DNA of 64,000 bases from Phoronis australis (GCA_002633005.1 NMRA01000092.1:891446-955445); one strand, 5' to 3'. Numbered from the stretch's first letter, positions 13,401 through 24,312 are shown. Notes: generated by a model from the sequence alone, not told the origin. A program made the numbers and translations.

Positions 13401-16400
13401 GTTAAAAAATAGTTCATCTGCATAATGAGAGTTGTTCTTTGCTGTATGAACTCTGTGGTGTGTCCCTGCACTAAAACTTCCTATCAAAACAAAATATGTG
13501 GCAGTATAATTTTGGCAGTCCTGTCCTTAAACCACCATAACACGTGATGGTTTGCCTTTTGCCACGCACTGGCATGTTATTTGGCATGGCAAAACGTACT
13601 ATTTCTGCGCTATATTTGCGCACTTTTCGTGTATAATTTGTGCAGTTAGCGTCAGAAGTGAGCCATAATTGCCAGCAAAAGGTTGCGTACTGTGCACACT
13701 TCCGTCAGGGTCAGAACTTGAGCATTGATACCTTGGTGTGCAGTGACAAGCTTTGTACGCAATATTCACATGTTCTTGACTATTTCACGTGCAATTCGCA
13801 TTTGATTCCTGCAAGTCAATACGTGCCAAATTTTTAAATGTTCCAAAATTCTCTCTACGACATGGCAGGCATTTTCATTCTCATTCTCATTCCTTAAAAG
13901 ATTGATAATCATTATCATGCTGATTCACGTGCCACTTAATCGTTCAAGTGTTATGGGGGCTTAAAGCTATAAATATTCTCATGTCATTTGACATTTTTCC
14001 AGATATGGGACTGTTACGAGCGTGCGGACATTACCCGAAAAATTTTGTGCATTTGTCAATTTTAAAACTACCGATGGTGCTGGAAAAGCTATGAAAAATC
14101 TCCAGGTAAGAAATCTGTTGTGTGTCTTTTTCAGTACTGAGTAATATGTTGTAGCTGTGATCCTGCTGATTATGTTGTTTTTTTCTTTAATTTGTGCTAC
14201 TGTAGTTTGTAAAATGAACTTCTGTGTACTGGTGATGTATGTAAATGGCCCCACTCAAATGCAATTGCTTGTAACCTGTCTTTGAAACCAATAAAATACC
14301 AGTCTTACTTTTCAGTGGGGTTTATGGACTACATTTAAATCTACTTTTTATTTTATCTTTTAATGGACAATCGGTGGATGGGAAACACCCCAGTGGTCAT
14401 TCTTACAAATGTTGCATGTTCGACCATAACATTTTCACATTTTGGTATTTAAAAACCTTTGCTAAATGCATTATTCTTATTCTGTACTTTTCTTTTAACA
14501 CCTTCATTGTTTAGCCACATAAATTATGCAAATTGTATGAGCCGACTATTTTAATGCTTTTGGCAATTTGGAGATTGATTTCTTTTAATACGCGAGTCAA
14601 TTCATTTGAATATTTACTCAATTTTTATGGTCTTTGGACGAGGGCAAGGTATCTCAGATTTTTTACATTTGGACTGCAAAATATCAGTTGTCAAAAAAGG
14701 AAGAATGTAGGTTTCTCTGGGAATCGCTTACTTGCAGTTGATGTTTTCATTATTGGGTGGGAAAGCTGCCTTGTCCATAGACTGAGAGAACATTATATTG
14801 TTTCTAAATCTGAAGTTAGGTGCAGTTTACGTTTTTAGTATTAATTCATGTATAACCAAAAATTCTATGATACTTGCAAAAATGAGTCATGTTTTAATGT
14901 GTGGATTCGGACATTTCAGCCATTGAGAATTTTCAAGTTAAATGCCTTTTAGTTTAGGAGTTGACATTTAATGTGAAATGTGGTGACATAGTCAAGACGG
15001 ACAATTGTCTTCACCATAAACAGCACCTTAAAGGTGTCCTTTGAAAATTTTCCAAAATACCACACATAGGCGGTTTTTCTTGAGTTGCACTTTTTAAAAA
15101 TTAAATTCCTTTACGTTCATGTTATTAGTATGCCATCATTTCTGTTTGTCAATAGGGAGTAGAATGTGGTGGCCAACGGTTACTGATAAAATTCCCCGAC
15201 AACCCTGTGACCAACGGCCATAGCAGTGGAAATGCTGGTTCCTACGTGGTGAAGAAAAATACTAACAAGAGCAGCGTGCCTCAGTAAGTACTGTCATGGC
15301 CGTCTCAAAGGAACGTTGTCAATTTTACTGTGGACAGAGAATATATTTTTGGGATGGTTGTATGACCAGACATGCACTGAGATCAAGGCTGGCGACTTCA
15401 CCAGTTAAATATGCATAGAATGCTCTGCAGTTATTGAGTGGAACTCAGCTCCACCAGCAGAGCATTAGCCTATAACTGCGGGGGTTGCAAGTTCTATCCC
15501 GCACTGTGGCTGATCTCTGAAAATCCCTTTTCTTGCCAATATTGTCCCTTTAGAGGGACATTTCCATGTAAATTAATAAAATTAAGTTCGTTTGTCCTTG
15601 ACCAAATGATAGACGTAGTACTCAAATATTTTTATTTGAATACGATGATTTTCTTTCATTTCATAATAAATGAGTGATATCCAACATTTTATTTCAGTTG
15701 TGTAGTATAACAAAGTGTTAATTAGGTGATATCATCTGTACATGTTAACAACACATTTTTATGCGCCCACATATTTATATGTAGACGCATTATGCCATCA
15801 TCTCCGTCCGTCCGTCCGGGCGGCGTCTGTCCGGCGTCCGCTGCTCTATCTCCAAAACCCTTTGACATACGTTCATGAAATTTGGCATATATGTTCCATT
15901 CATGAATGGGACAGCATGAGCGAACTTTCGGATGGATCCGACTACCGGTGTGCCCCCTAGTGGCAATTTTAGTTTTTTACAGTTACCTTAGTTAGTATGT
16001 TCAAAAGTCTTGAACGGATTTTCATGAAATTTGGTATGTAGGCACTTATTAGTGAGATGATGCTATCCTCCCGTTTTCGGATGGATTTTCGTGAAATTTA
16101 TTATGTAGGCACCTATTAGTGAGGTGATGCTATCCTCCCGTTTTCAGATGGATTTGACGTAGTTTGTGCCACCTAGTGGCCATTTTTATTGTTTTTGAGT
16201 CTGTTTTTTGCATCCACCCCTCTATCAACCAAACTGCTCAAAGGATGATTGTGAAAATTGGCATATATGTGCTTACTATAAAGAGAACGGTTGACGATGA
16301 TTTTCCGATGATTTTGACTAATGTGGCGCCTCCTAGTGGCAGTTTTGTTTTTGTTGCTCCTATGGCTGTATCTCTTAAACCGTTCGCAGGATCTTTACTT

Positions 16401-17561
16401 AATTTACCAAGTGTATTTATATGAAGTTGATTACGGATGACGACGACTATCAGACAGATCTGATTACTGCTGTGCCCCCTAGTGGCAATTTTAGTTTTTT
16501 ACATGGGTCCTCAACAGATTTTCGTAAAATTTTAAATATAGGCATCTATTGGTGTGATGACGCTATCTTCCTGTTTTCGGATGGAATTGAGGTATTTTAC
16601 ACCATTTAGTGGCCATTTTTGCTGTTTTCAAATCTTGTTTTTGGTGTCCACCACTGTATCAACCAAATCATTTGAAAATTGTCATATATGTTCTCAGTAT
16701 GAAGACGACCTTTGATGATGGTGACTGACTACTGTGGTGCCTCCTAGTGGTAGTTTTGTTTTGCGCCCATAGTTGTATCTCTTAAACCCACTGCAGGATC
16801 TTTACTAAATTTAGTAAGTGTATTTATATGAAGATAACAACAGACAACGACGACTTTCAGGTGGATCCAACGGACACTGCCCACTAGTGGCCATTTCATT
16901 ATATTCTGTTTTCCTTTGTTTCTCTGAAGTTCCTTGACAGATTTTTATGAAATATGGCATGTTCCTGTTTTTGGATGGATTGTATGTTTTGCGCCATCTA
17001 GTGACCATTTTTATGATACAAATAAATAACCCTAAAAGCACACCATTTGCAATGCATTCGTGGGCGCATTTCAAGCAAGTGCCATGACCACTAGCTACTG
17101 CAAGTTCAAGCTTTCTCAGAGTCCTCTCGAAGACATGCATTTTATGTATTTTGTTCTCTTCATTTTCACAATGAACATTGGTCAGCTGTTACATGGTGCG
17201 CCCATGCAGGATCGTGCGTCTTTCCAAATGTATGAGAGGATTCTGGGACAGCTCGATTCTGTAGAAGCCAAACTGTTGTTTAGTATCACTTGCTTATATG
17301 ATGTCAATGAACAATTGTTCTCATGTGTGATATCAAAGCTGAATGTTCATCCTTGTGATATCGATACTGGGCGTTCACCACAGGTTGACCAAACTTCAGC
17401 AGCAACAGCTCCAGCAGCAGCTGAAAATGTCTGGACCTGTCAATGGCGACGAGTGCTACTTCTGGCGCACGACTGGCTGTCAATTTGGGGGCAAGTGCCA
17501 CTACCGACACATACCGGAGAACAAAGGAGTCGACAAGAAGGCTTGGCAGAGAGTAAAGTAG
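1304..17561 (+). CDS. TTC31: TTC31-like multidomain protein gene (5'-incomplete): probable J-domain tail, charged helix, TPRs, UBA, RRM, CCCH zinc finger. Exons 1304-1436, 2503-2571, 2960-2979, 4733-4816, 5038-5175, 5780-5920, 6541-6586, 7888-8029, 8417-8507, 9108-9212, 9812-9902, 11242-11350, 12138-12227, 14003-14105, 15156-15283, 17384-17561
   Basis: All 16 exons have AG/GT boundaries with matching phases and join into 1668 nt (555 aa + TAG) without internal stops. LTPEEIAKNAEDLISEEEKEKKRAEKRRAKKKRRREKK, NFDANAAFF and the TPRs (DPSDFRFFGNRSYCYDRVGQFEKALKDADRAI...WPKGYFRKGRAL) recall TTC31. The start codon lies upstream of the window. Confidence 0.85.
2314..2413. mobile_element. Short hairpin element related to 55392-55477
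   Basis: Inverted arms tagtcagttacaagg...ttgagaaccagttt / aaactggttctcaaaa...cctgtaagtaacta with the same loop sequence. Confidence 0.55.
2503..2571 (+). CDS. TTC31: TTC31-like exon (acidic: IYDVSSEDELSSEEDVMIPPPQ)
   Basis: Acceptor ttcattccaag, donor G|gtgagt; phase 1 to 1. Confidence 0.72.
2960..2979 (+). CDS. TTC31: TTC31-like 20-nt micro-exon (GKPLTPE)
   Basis: tttttcag acceptor, GAG|gtaagt donor; required to bridge phase 1 to phase 0; supplies LTxE of the family motif. Confidence 0.75.
4733..4816 (+). CDS. TTC31: TTC31-like exon (EIAKNAEDLISEEEKEKKRAEKRRAKKK)
   Basis: tttcag acceptor, gtgagt donor; family-type charged helix. Confidence 0.88.
5038..5175 (+). CDS. TTC31: TTC31-like exon (RRREKKKLEK...DSSDPEDT)
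   Basis: ctttcag acceptor, gtaagt donor; 46 open codons. Confidence 0.85.
5780..5920 (+). CDS. TTC31: TTC31-like exon (NFDANAAFFTKV...EPSEQ)
   Basis: tttttacag acceptor, CAG|gtatgc donor; 47 open codons. Confidence 0.85.
6541..6586 (+). CDS. TTC31: TTC31-like exon, start of TPR1 (VEDLDPIVIKSRQLA)
   Basis: tcttgcag acceptor, G|gtaagt donor. Confidence 0.85.
6748..7450 (+). mobile_element. HINE family A copy 2
   Basis: 5' hairpin atgcccccacat...atgtgggcgcgt, the same internal repeats, 3' gtgggc and cttgtt end. Confidence 0.65.
7695..7926 (+). repeat. About 115-bp tandem duplication spanning an intron/exon junction
   Basis: 7695-7809 aligns with 7810-7926. Confidence 0.9.
7888..8029 (+). CDS. 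TTC31: TTC31-like exon, TPR1-TPR2
   Basis: NGNKLANQGLYQDAIMQFSEAISLDPSDFRFFGNRSYCYDRVGQFE; ttgtttag acceptor, gtgagt donor. Confidence 0.93.
8417..8507 (+). CDS. TTC31: TTC31-like exon, TPR2-TPR3
   Basis: ALKDADRAIFLSSEWPKGYFRKGRALAGLK; ttccag acceptor, AAG|gtaatt donor. Confidence 0.93.
9108..9212 (+). CDS. TTC31: TTC31-like exon, TPR3 and capping helix
   Basis: LYADAEHSFMQVLKLDRNCEDAMQELLRVRTHQIT; canonical splice sites. Confidence 0.92.
9812..9902 (+). CDS. TTC31: TTC31-like exon, UBA domain
   Basis: EMGFSQAQAEASIKQHGSVQQALDSLL carries the UBA MGF...LL signature; canonical splice sites. Confidence 0.9.
10470..10775. mobile_element. MITE with CAGTGGCAGATTTAG/CTGGATCCGCCCCTG TIRs and 5-bp TSD TACAC (hAT5-like)
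   Basis: TACAC at 10465-10469 and 10776-10780; homologous to 47616-47908. Confidence 0.8.
11242..11350 (+). CDS. TTC31: TTC31-like exon, acidic linker
   Basis: AESSLNEVYMSDDEEDFQK...; phase 1 to 2 fits neighbours; NAGNAG acceptor. Confidence 0.85.
12138..12227 (+). CDS. TTC31: TTC31-like exon, RRM RNP2
   Basis: TALWVGNVLPEVKEKTLMQLFS; canonical splice sites. Confidence 0.92.
12392..13171. repeat. 31-bp minisatellite, 25 units (AATTACTGAATAAAGGTTTAGCCAATCAAGT and variants)
   Basis: Exact 31-bp period; intronic. Confidence 0.97.
14003..14105 (+). CDS. TTC31: TTC31-like exon, RRM RNP1
   Basis: YGTVTSVRTLPEKFCAFVNFKTTDGAGKAMKNLQ; canonical splice sites. Confidence 0.92.
15156..15283 (+). CDS. 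TTC31: TTC31-like exon, end of RRM
   Basis: GVECGGQRLLIKFPDNP...; canonical splice sites. Confidence 0.9.
15756..17106 (+). mobile_element. HINE family A copy 3 (most complete)
   Basis: subTIR atgcgcccac (15761-15770) with exact inverse gtgggcgcat (17060-17069), 5' hairpin, (tccg)n microsatellite at about 15803-15840, internal tandem repeats with CCxCTAGTGG cores. This is the DINE-1/HINE layout. Confidence 0.75.
17384..17561 (+). CDS. TTC31: TTC31-like last coding exon, CCCH zinc finger
   Basis: Gln-rich run followed by CYFWRTTGCQFGGKCHYRH (C-x7-C-x5-C-x3-H), then TAG. Confidence 0.9.
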
Positions 17562-18341
17562 AGACGGGTATAAGGGGAGGCGATTCCAGGCCCCCTCGCC
17601 GATTGTGCAGTGAGGGTGAGGAACCTGGGACAAACTGCGGGATGAACGTATCAGTGTTTGAGCAACGAGTCGTGGTTGGAGATTATTGAGACAAATCAGT
17701 TTAGTTATTGGTTATATCCTTGTGCTATTGTGCTTCTATCATGATTTTCCATATTTTTACTTGTGACAAAGTGAAATTGAGGTCATTACACAAGTGAATG
17801 TAATCGCTGTCCATGTCAAATGAAGTCATCTACTCTCTGGTGATGCAAGGGCTAAACTATGTGTGAACAGGACTGCCAGAGTACATGTACAAATATGAGA
17901 TCATTTTATACCTGTTGAGAATGTTTATGAACCACTTGCCAGACTAGCTGAGATATTTCTCTAATACACTGACTGCTATACCTACATGTACATTCTCCTC
18001 AAGTCATCACGAGAATTTCTCCAGGAAGGCTAGACCCAGACTTATTTGAAGTGTCTTTTGGTGGAAAGCTTTATTTCGTATTTTGTTCAAATTTGATTTT
18101 AAAAAAACTTGGCAAATTGTGGTTGTTTTGGCGCCCATGCTCCTGTCTATAGAGAAAGCTGTTATATCTGAAGTACTGTAGTTGCCAAAAGAAACTGGAG
18201 TAACCTGTTATTTCCCATAAATATGCTTACACCGAAAATGATTTGTTATCTTACGATATTCACCTCATTTGCACTCATTAAGGAGGGCTACCATGATGAC
18301 GATCCATCGTGGAGTGATTTTGTCTGATAACTTTCGATGTA

Positions 18342-18435
18342 CACCATATGTTCCTTCACACTCTATGTTCCTGCACACCATATGTTCCTGCACACCATAT
18401 GTTCCTGCGCACCATATGTTCCTGCGTACCATATG
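18342..18435. repeat. 17-bp tandem repeat (CACCATATGTTCCTGCR) x about 5.5 in presumed 3' UTR
   Basis: Read directly. Confidence 0.85.
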
Positions 18436-18522
18436 ATGAAGTTCAGTCAGTTGGTATGTAGGAGTCTGCCGCTTGTGTTCTTGATGTACATTTCCTCTTG
18501 GAAGTCCGAAAGATCTATTTGG

Positions 18523-18578
18523 GTATTGACCTAAGGTCTTGTATATTGACCTAAGGTCTTGTATATTGACCTAAGGTC
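18523..18578. repeat. 20-bp tandem repeat (TATTGACCTAAGGTCTTGTA) x about 3
   Basis: Read directly. Confidence 0.85.
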
Positions 18579-19097
18579 ATTTAGTCAGTGTAATCAGCCA
18601 AATATCTTGGTAACAAAACTATGTAATTTAATGCAAGAAAAGTATATCATGTTTCCTGAAAACAACAACAAAACTTCGCATTTCATGTAGTCAGCCATGT
18701 AAAAGTTATTCATTTTTTATTTTCCGCAAAGTTGATGAAATCAATACTGCAGTTTTTCATTCTTTTCCGTAAATTCTTTGGGTCTTCTCTTATTTTGAAT
18801 GATGGTTACAAATCAGAGTATGCTACTTAACTGTGTGTGTATCATTTTGATGACACTTGTATTATTTTTGTATCTTCTTTACACTCTCATTTTTTGTCAA
18901 AAATTAGTTGATCAATTATTGCATCAGGTGATTCTTCGTTAACAAGTGATATTCTGAGTCCTCATCAAGGACCATTTTGAGAATTGAGTGATTAACTTTT
19001 GTGCCCGACTTGTAGCTCGAAACTGATGTATTAATATGTGGGAGAGGAGACATTTTAAATGTGGAGATATTCCACTCACGCTAACAAGACTCCAGTT

Positions 19098-19130
19098 AAT
19101 AAATTATTAACTGGTTTTGTTATGAATAAA
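19098..19130 (+). promoter_or_regulatory. Two candidate AATAAA polyadenylation signals of the TTC31-like gene
   Basis: AATAAA at 19098-19103 and 19125-19130, followed by T/GT-rich sequence, about 1.5 kb after the stop. Confidence 0.45.
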
Positions 19131-20694
19131 TGCATGAAATCCATATGAAGTCGAAGTTATTTTTTGTGACGAAGATTTGTTTTAATTTTTTCAAGAAATA
19201 TAAGCAGTAGCATGAATTAAGGGGGTTGTTAAAGCACGGGCCTTATGGCTCAAACAGTATTAAGATAGTAACATCGCCCAGTCAAAAATAGTTACATATG
19301 ATCTGTTACAGGAGTTTCCTGTCCAGCAAATACCAACTGCTTATGAACTTGTCTATGAAACGTCAAGCATTGAAACAGTAGACATGTAAATGTGCCCTCA
19401 ATGCTGAAGTCATTTTAGTGGAGCAGTGAAACTGGTTTGTGAACTTCGGTGCGCCTTCGCGATGACTGACCTCGCAATCGTTCTTTTTCTTGTCTTGATA
19501 CCATGTACTATCTTATTTATTGTAAACCACCATGAATCGCGGAAGTTCGAAGTAGTTCGTTTTTCGGCCGCTTGCTATCCTCCTGCAGGCAAAACCTGAA
19601 AGCATTTATTTGTATGAAGATTCGGGCCATTTCGCGTACAAGAGAAAATATCGGGAGAATGTGGTGAAGCTTCCACGCCTTTTGGGGGTGAAGTGGAATT
19701 AACTTGGTTCTCTTCAGATTTTATAACTTTTCTCATAAATTACAGAAGTCCATGGTAATAAAGAATGGATGTCGAAATTTGAAGTTGGCAGCCACTTAGC
19801 TTTTGCCGCTGTAGTGTAGACTCGGGGGGGGGGGTCCTAGTACGCCTCGTCTTTCAAACAAGACAGTCCTTGATTGTTTACCAGTCGCTATTACAACGAA
19901 CATGCCGCGGAAAATGGCGTACGTAATAAAATGTAGTTACATGTACACATACATTTACTACGGGGTTAATTTTTGACGATGTTAGATTCTCTATGACGTG
20001 AGAAAAAGAAAACGGTTATGAAACCGCCTATCATTACAAAAAACAACAGGTTTAGATCAGCATTCGTGGTGAAATTGGTTTAAATTGGTTCCTTAGTGTT
20101 ATTGGAGATGATATCAGGGATTCGAAAGATGTGGCAGTTCGTTATTGGTCGAGATCAGGCTATATGTCTTGGCTCCTCACAGCTTGCCGTGCGCCGATCG
20201 TGGTCTCAAAATACGGAATTACGAATTGGCAGTTTTTTTCTAAACCAAGAACTCAAGGCACTTCTCATCTGACTGAGGAATTAGTTGAGACTCACCGCTT
20301 CAAAACTGGTCCCGATTTGCTTGTAACTAGGTGAGAAGTTACTTCAAGGTTTGCGGAGAATTGACAGTTCGCTTTTCACACATTTGAGAATTTGCTCGGC
20401 GCGAAAACTTGACACGCCGCGACGAAACAACGTGTAGAACGCGCTGGGCCCGGAGTCTTATCTTTATACTGGAATTCAAAAATATTTTTGACGTTTTCAG
20501 TTCTACATCTGTGGCGAACTCAAGATAAGTGTCTATTATTCCCCGTGTTTGAGTACTGGTTTTACGTGGGCGACCGTTTATTCCTGGTGTGAATGACCAC
20601 AGCATTGAACCTTTAAGTTCGAGTCTGGCTCGAATTCAAATCTGTAGTTCTTAAATTTTAGAGCTCGAATGTACGAGTCATGAACGTGCGACCA

Positions 20695-21052
20695 TGGACT
20701 AGAAACATATGCGTACTGAAACTACAGTGTTCTAGAAACACATGTGCGCACTGAAACCATGGTGTTCTAGAAACACGTATGCGTACTGAAACAATAGTGT
20801 TCTAGAAACACGTAGGCGTAATGAGACCATAGTGTTTCTAGAAACACATGTGCGTACTGAAACCACAGTGTTCTAGAAACATGTATGCTTACTGAAACCA
20901 TGGTGTTCTAGAAACATGTATGTGTTCTGGAAACACGTACATGTATGCGTTCTGAAACCATATTGTTCTAGAAACACATATGCGTACTGAAACCATAGTG
21001 TTCTAGAAACACACATATGCGTACTGAAGCCATAGTGTTCTGGAAACACGTA
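20695..21052. repeat. About 35-bp tandem array (TGTTCTAGAAACACATATGCGTACTGAAACCATAG), about 10 units; resumes at about 21457-21525
   Basis: Read directly. Confidence 0.9.
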
Positions 21053-21054
21053 CA

Positions 21055-21458
21055 GGGCCCGGTATCTAATCTTTGTACTCGAAACGAACTCGAAACTATT
21101 TTTGGCAATTTCTCTGCTCCTTTTTGTGCGAACTTACGATAATTGGTTATCAGACTGTGCTCGAATACATTATAGTTTATGCATAGGAGTTTCTAGTTCA
21201 AGTTTGCCCTTGAAGACCCTTATATTCGTGCTACAAACTCGAGTAAAAACTCGAAATTTCGAGTTCAAATTCGAACTTATTGCTTTAATATTGGGTTTAC
21301 AAAGTGTGAACTAAGGGCAATAAATTATCTACGTAAGTTATTGTGTACTCGAGCATAGAATAATAGACACTTATCTTGAGTTCGCCCAAAAGTAGAGTAG
21401 AAAATGTCAAACCTAATTTCGAGTTCCATTTCGAGTAAAAAGATTGGAGACCGGGCAC
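21055..21458. mobile_element. MITE with about 40-bp imperfect TIRs starting GGGCCCGG (PIF/Harbinger-like ends)
   Basis: gcccggtatctaatctttgtactcgaaacgaactcgaaa vs inverse gcccggtctccaatctttttactcgaaatggaactcgaaa; a partial inverted copy lies at about 20446-20680. Confidence 0.65.
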
Positions 21459-21758
21459 ATGTATGCGTTCTCAAACCATAGTGTTCTAGAAACACATGCG
21501 TACTGAAACCATAGTGTTCTTGCGCACATAATCTCAAAAAAACTGGGTCCCCGACTCCTGGTCTCTGAATTCCTGAAATCATCCTGAGTTTGACTAAGGA
21601 ACATTTATCAATTTTATAGCGGTAGGTGGCATAAAACAAATGTTTTTGTGTTTGACGGTGGGTTTGCAGCACTTTAAAAAGTGCTGTAGATTGCAAAGTA
21701 AAGAGCATGAAAAGAAGGACCGTATTACAGTTCTCTCGATATAATTGACGATGCTTAC

Positions 21759-22793
21759 CGGGTTGTGGGGCGTTGGCACTGGAAACATATAGTCGTTGTC
21801 AAAAATAAGAAAATCCACGGGAACGTAAGCCAACCAGCGCTGCAATACACCATATGCATCGTCAGGAAGGAAAGGTTTTTGAAATAAAACATTAAAATAG
21901 TGAAAACCGTCGTATCGAACTGCTGGATTACCACAATTAAAGTTAGTAAATTTATGGAAAGTTGTTTCCAAGCCAGTCTTGAAATCTTGCATGGGATTCT
22001 TCATTTTACTTTCCTAAACTTCTGGCGAATTTTTAACGGTAGGGCACTGAGAGGAGCAGAGACCGTGTCAGTGGTCTACATTGCTTACCCCCACACCCCA
22101 AACGTAAACCGAAACCCCGCATTGGCCCAGTGCTACACTTACTCTTGGTCGTAGTAAACCGAGTCTTGTATAGACTTCCTTTGGCCTTAGAATAGATGGC
22201 GAGAAAGCGAATTTTACAACACCTTCATGATAATCTACTGCAGCTTCAACAGCAATTTATTTTCAAAATTAAGAGCGACAAAACTCTGAAGTGAAGTCGT
22301 CTGTTTTTGTTGGCGTTACGTCGCCACGATGAGGATTGAGAAGGAAAGAAAAGGTTCGTTGATCTTCACTGACGCCTAGTAAAGGATGCTTTTTGAAATT
22401 TTATCCGCCGAGAACAGATTTCGCATTCTTAGTCTCACGGTATCTAAGACTGTAATACAACTATGAATACAGTCATATGCCACGATACAGACTCCCCGTT
22501 TCTAGATAGAAAATGATTCAACATTGGCGTACCTCACCTCGTTTGCGACGAAAGCTTTGTGAAACAAATATCCAGTTCCTAACAAGGTTACTCCCGCGAC
22601 AGCGATAGACGCACACTCTTTCCAGACCATTTTGCCTTGACAACTTCGGTGGGTGAGGGATACTGGTATTACCAGAAACTTTACTCTTCATGCAAAATTC
22701 TACGTCGAAGAACGTCATCAATTGTTCAGATGTCGAAAATCGTTTTTCAAAGATCTTTTGTGACGTCGCTTTAAAAAGGGACGTCACCGTCAA
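21759..22793 (-). pseudogene. Candidate decayed spliced gene of unknown family
   Basis: Canonical 96-nt intron 22142-22047 (GTAAGT...CACTGAC...TCTCTGCTCCTCTCAG), donor CG|GTAAGC after 21759, protein-like frames broken by stops. Confidence 0.35.
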
Positions 22794-24312
22794 TTAAACG
22801 TAGCAAGCAGACGATATTGCCTTCGGACTTTGCTCCAGATTTCGAGCCCCTCAGAAACGAGTAGGTTTATCGCAGGCAGGTTCGTTTGCACACTAGATAT
22901 AGTAAGACTTTTTAAAATGAGTGAAGGCGCAAAGTGCCGGGAAAAAAAGATGTGCCTTTGATAGACGGAAACCGCTTTCAGGAGAAATCACCAGAGAAGC
23001 CACTGCCATTCATCCTCAGTTATGAATGATTAGAAACATATGGAAACTTGTTCATCGAATCGTTTCTTCAAACTATCATCTCTTCTGAATTAAAGAACTC
23101 TGAAATTTTACGCAAATAACAATAAATTAAATTTACTTTCGAATCGTTTTTCTCAAACGATGAGCAAAATCGAAGACATTCCCCGTATAGAGACATACTA
23201 ACAACTTGTCGAATTTCAGTCACTCCGTCTAAATGGCCGTGGCGTGACCAGTTAGTTGTAGTAGTGAATGATTGAAGCGCTTAATATGTGCTTACTGTAA
23301 TTTACATCGTTTACAGCGTACTGTCTCACGGTCTTTGCGAACAGGTTATCATCCAGAAATCACAATATTTTAAATTTAGATGTCAATTTCACAGTTTAAA
23401 TTTCTATTGGATTATTTCTTTTTTTAAATATTGTTATAGTTTCCTTTTTATGCAAGTGCGATAGGTTGTAACCGAATAAATACTCCTATCACTGAATTGG
23501 ACACAGTGCAACAATCAGCGGGCGCTGACTTAAATACTAAACGAACGCCTTCAATAACAGACAAGTTTATAGCACCATTCCTCAGTATAAAATGATATAA
23601 ATTACTGGATCCGAGTTTGCCGCATAAAACGGTTAAAATTCAAATTACATCGAACTAATGAAACGCACGATGATCGTTGATAAGGATGCAAAAATCCCCA
23701 AAGCCAAGAGTCTGCCTTCTCAAAAAAATAATCGAGTTCCCTGGATAAATCCGTGATTATTTTTCAAGAATGCAGCTTTGATGATCTCTTTGCACCAGAA
23801 TCAAAAAATCGGTTTAATTTGAATTTTAGCCACCTTCTCCAACTTCGGGTCCAGCAAGTTCAACAGAATGACAACTCAGTAAGGCAACACTTTATCATGC
23901 AGTTTAGAGGAGCAGTTTCAAAGATACTTTAATTTCACTTGGTAAGAGCTTCGTCACTATGACGAAGTAGAATATCCTTTTTATTATTGATAAATTTAAC
24001 AAACGGAATTTCTATTTTACGACATCTTGTGCGCTTAACACTAGTAGAGGAAGGTAGAATTGCCATTTTTAGGGGCATCTGAAATAAAGCTACACCTGGC
24101 ACCCAATCTATAAGAGGTCCTACCGCCTAAAAGCATCCAACAGTCACTATCAAATATTTCCCCCGAGGTCAGTCTCGGCATTTCCAAGGACAGTGTGTAA
24201 GTTTGGTTATGACCACAGCCATATACCATAAAGGATACAGCCTAGGAAGCCCACTTGTTCAGATTAAAAGAGATGATTTGATCAGACAAGAGGATTAGAG
24301 TACTCTGGAAGT

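Noticed and set aside
15445-15512. Possible tRNA gene
   Set aside because: A/B boxes are degenerate and no complete cloverleaf forms; at most a SINE-head remnant.
17060-17689. 209-aa + ORF
   Set aside because: Starts inside a HINE terminus and overlaps the CCCH exon out of frame.
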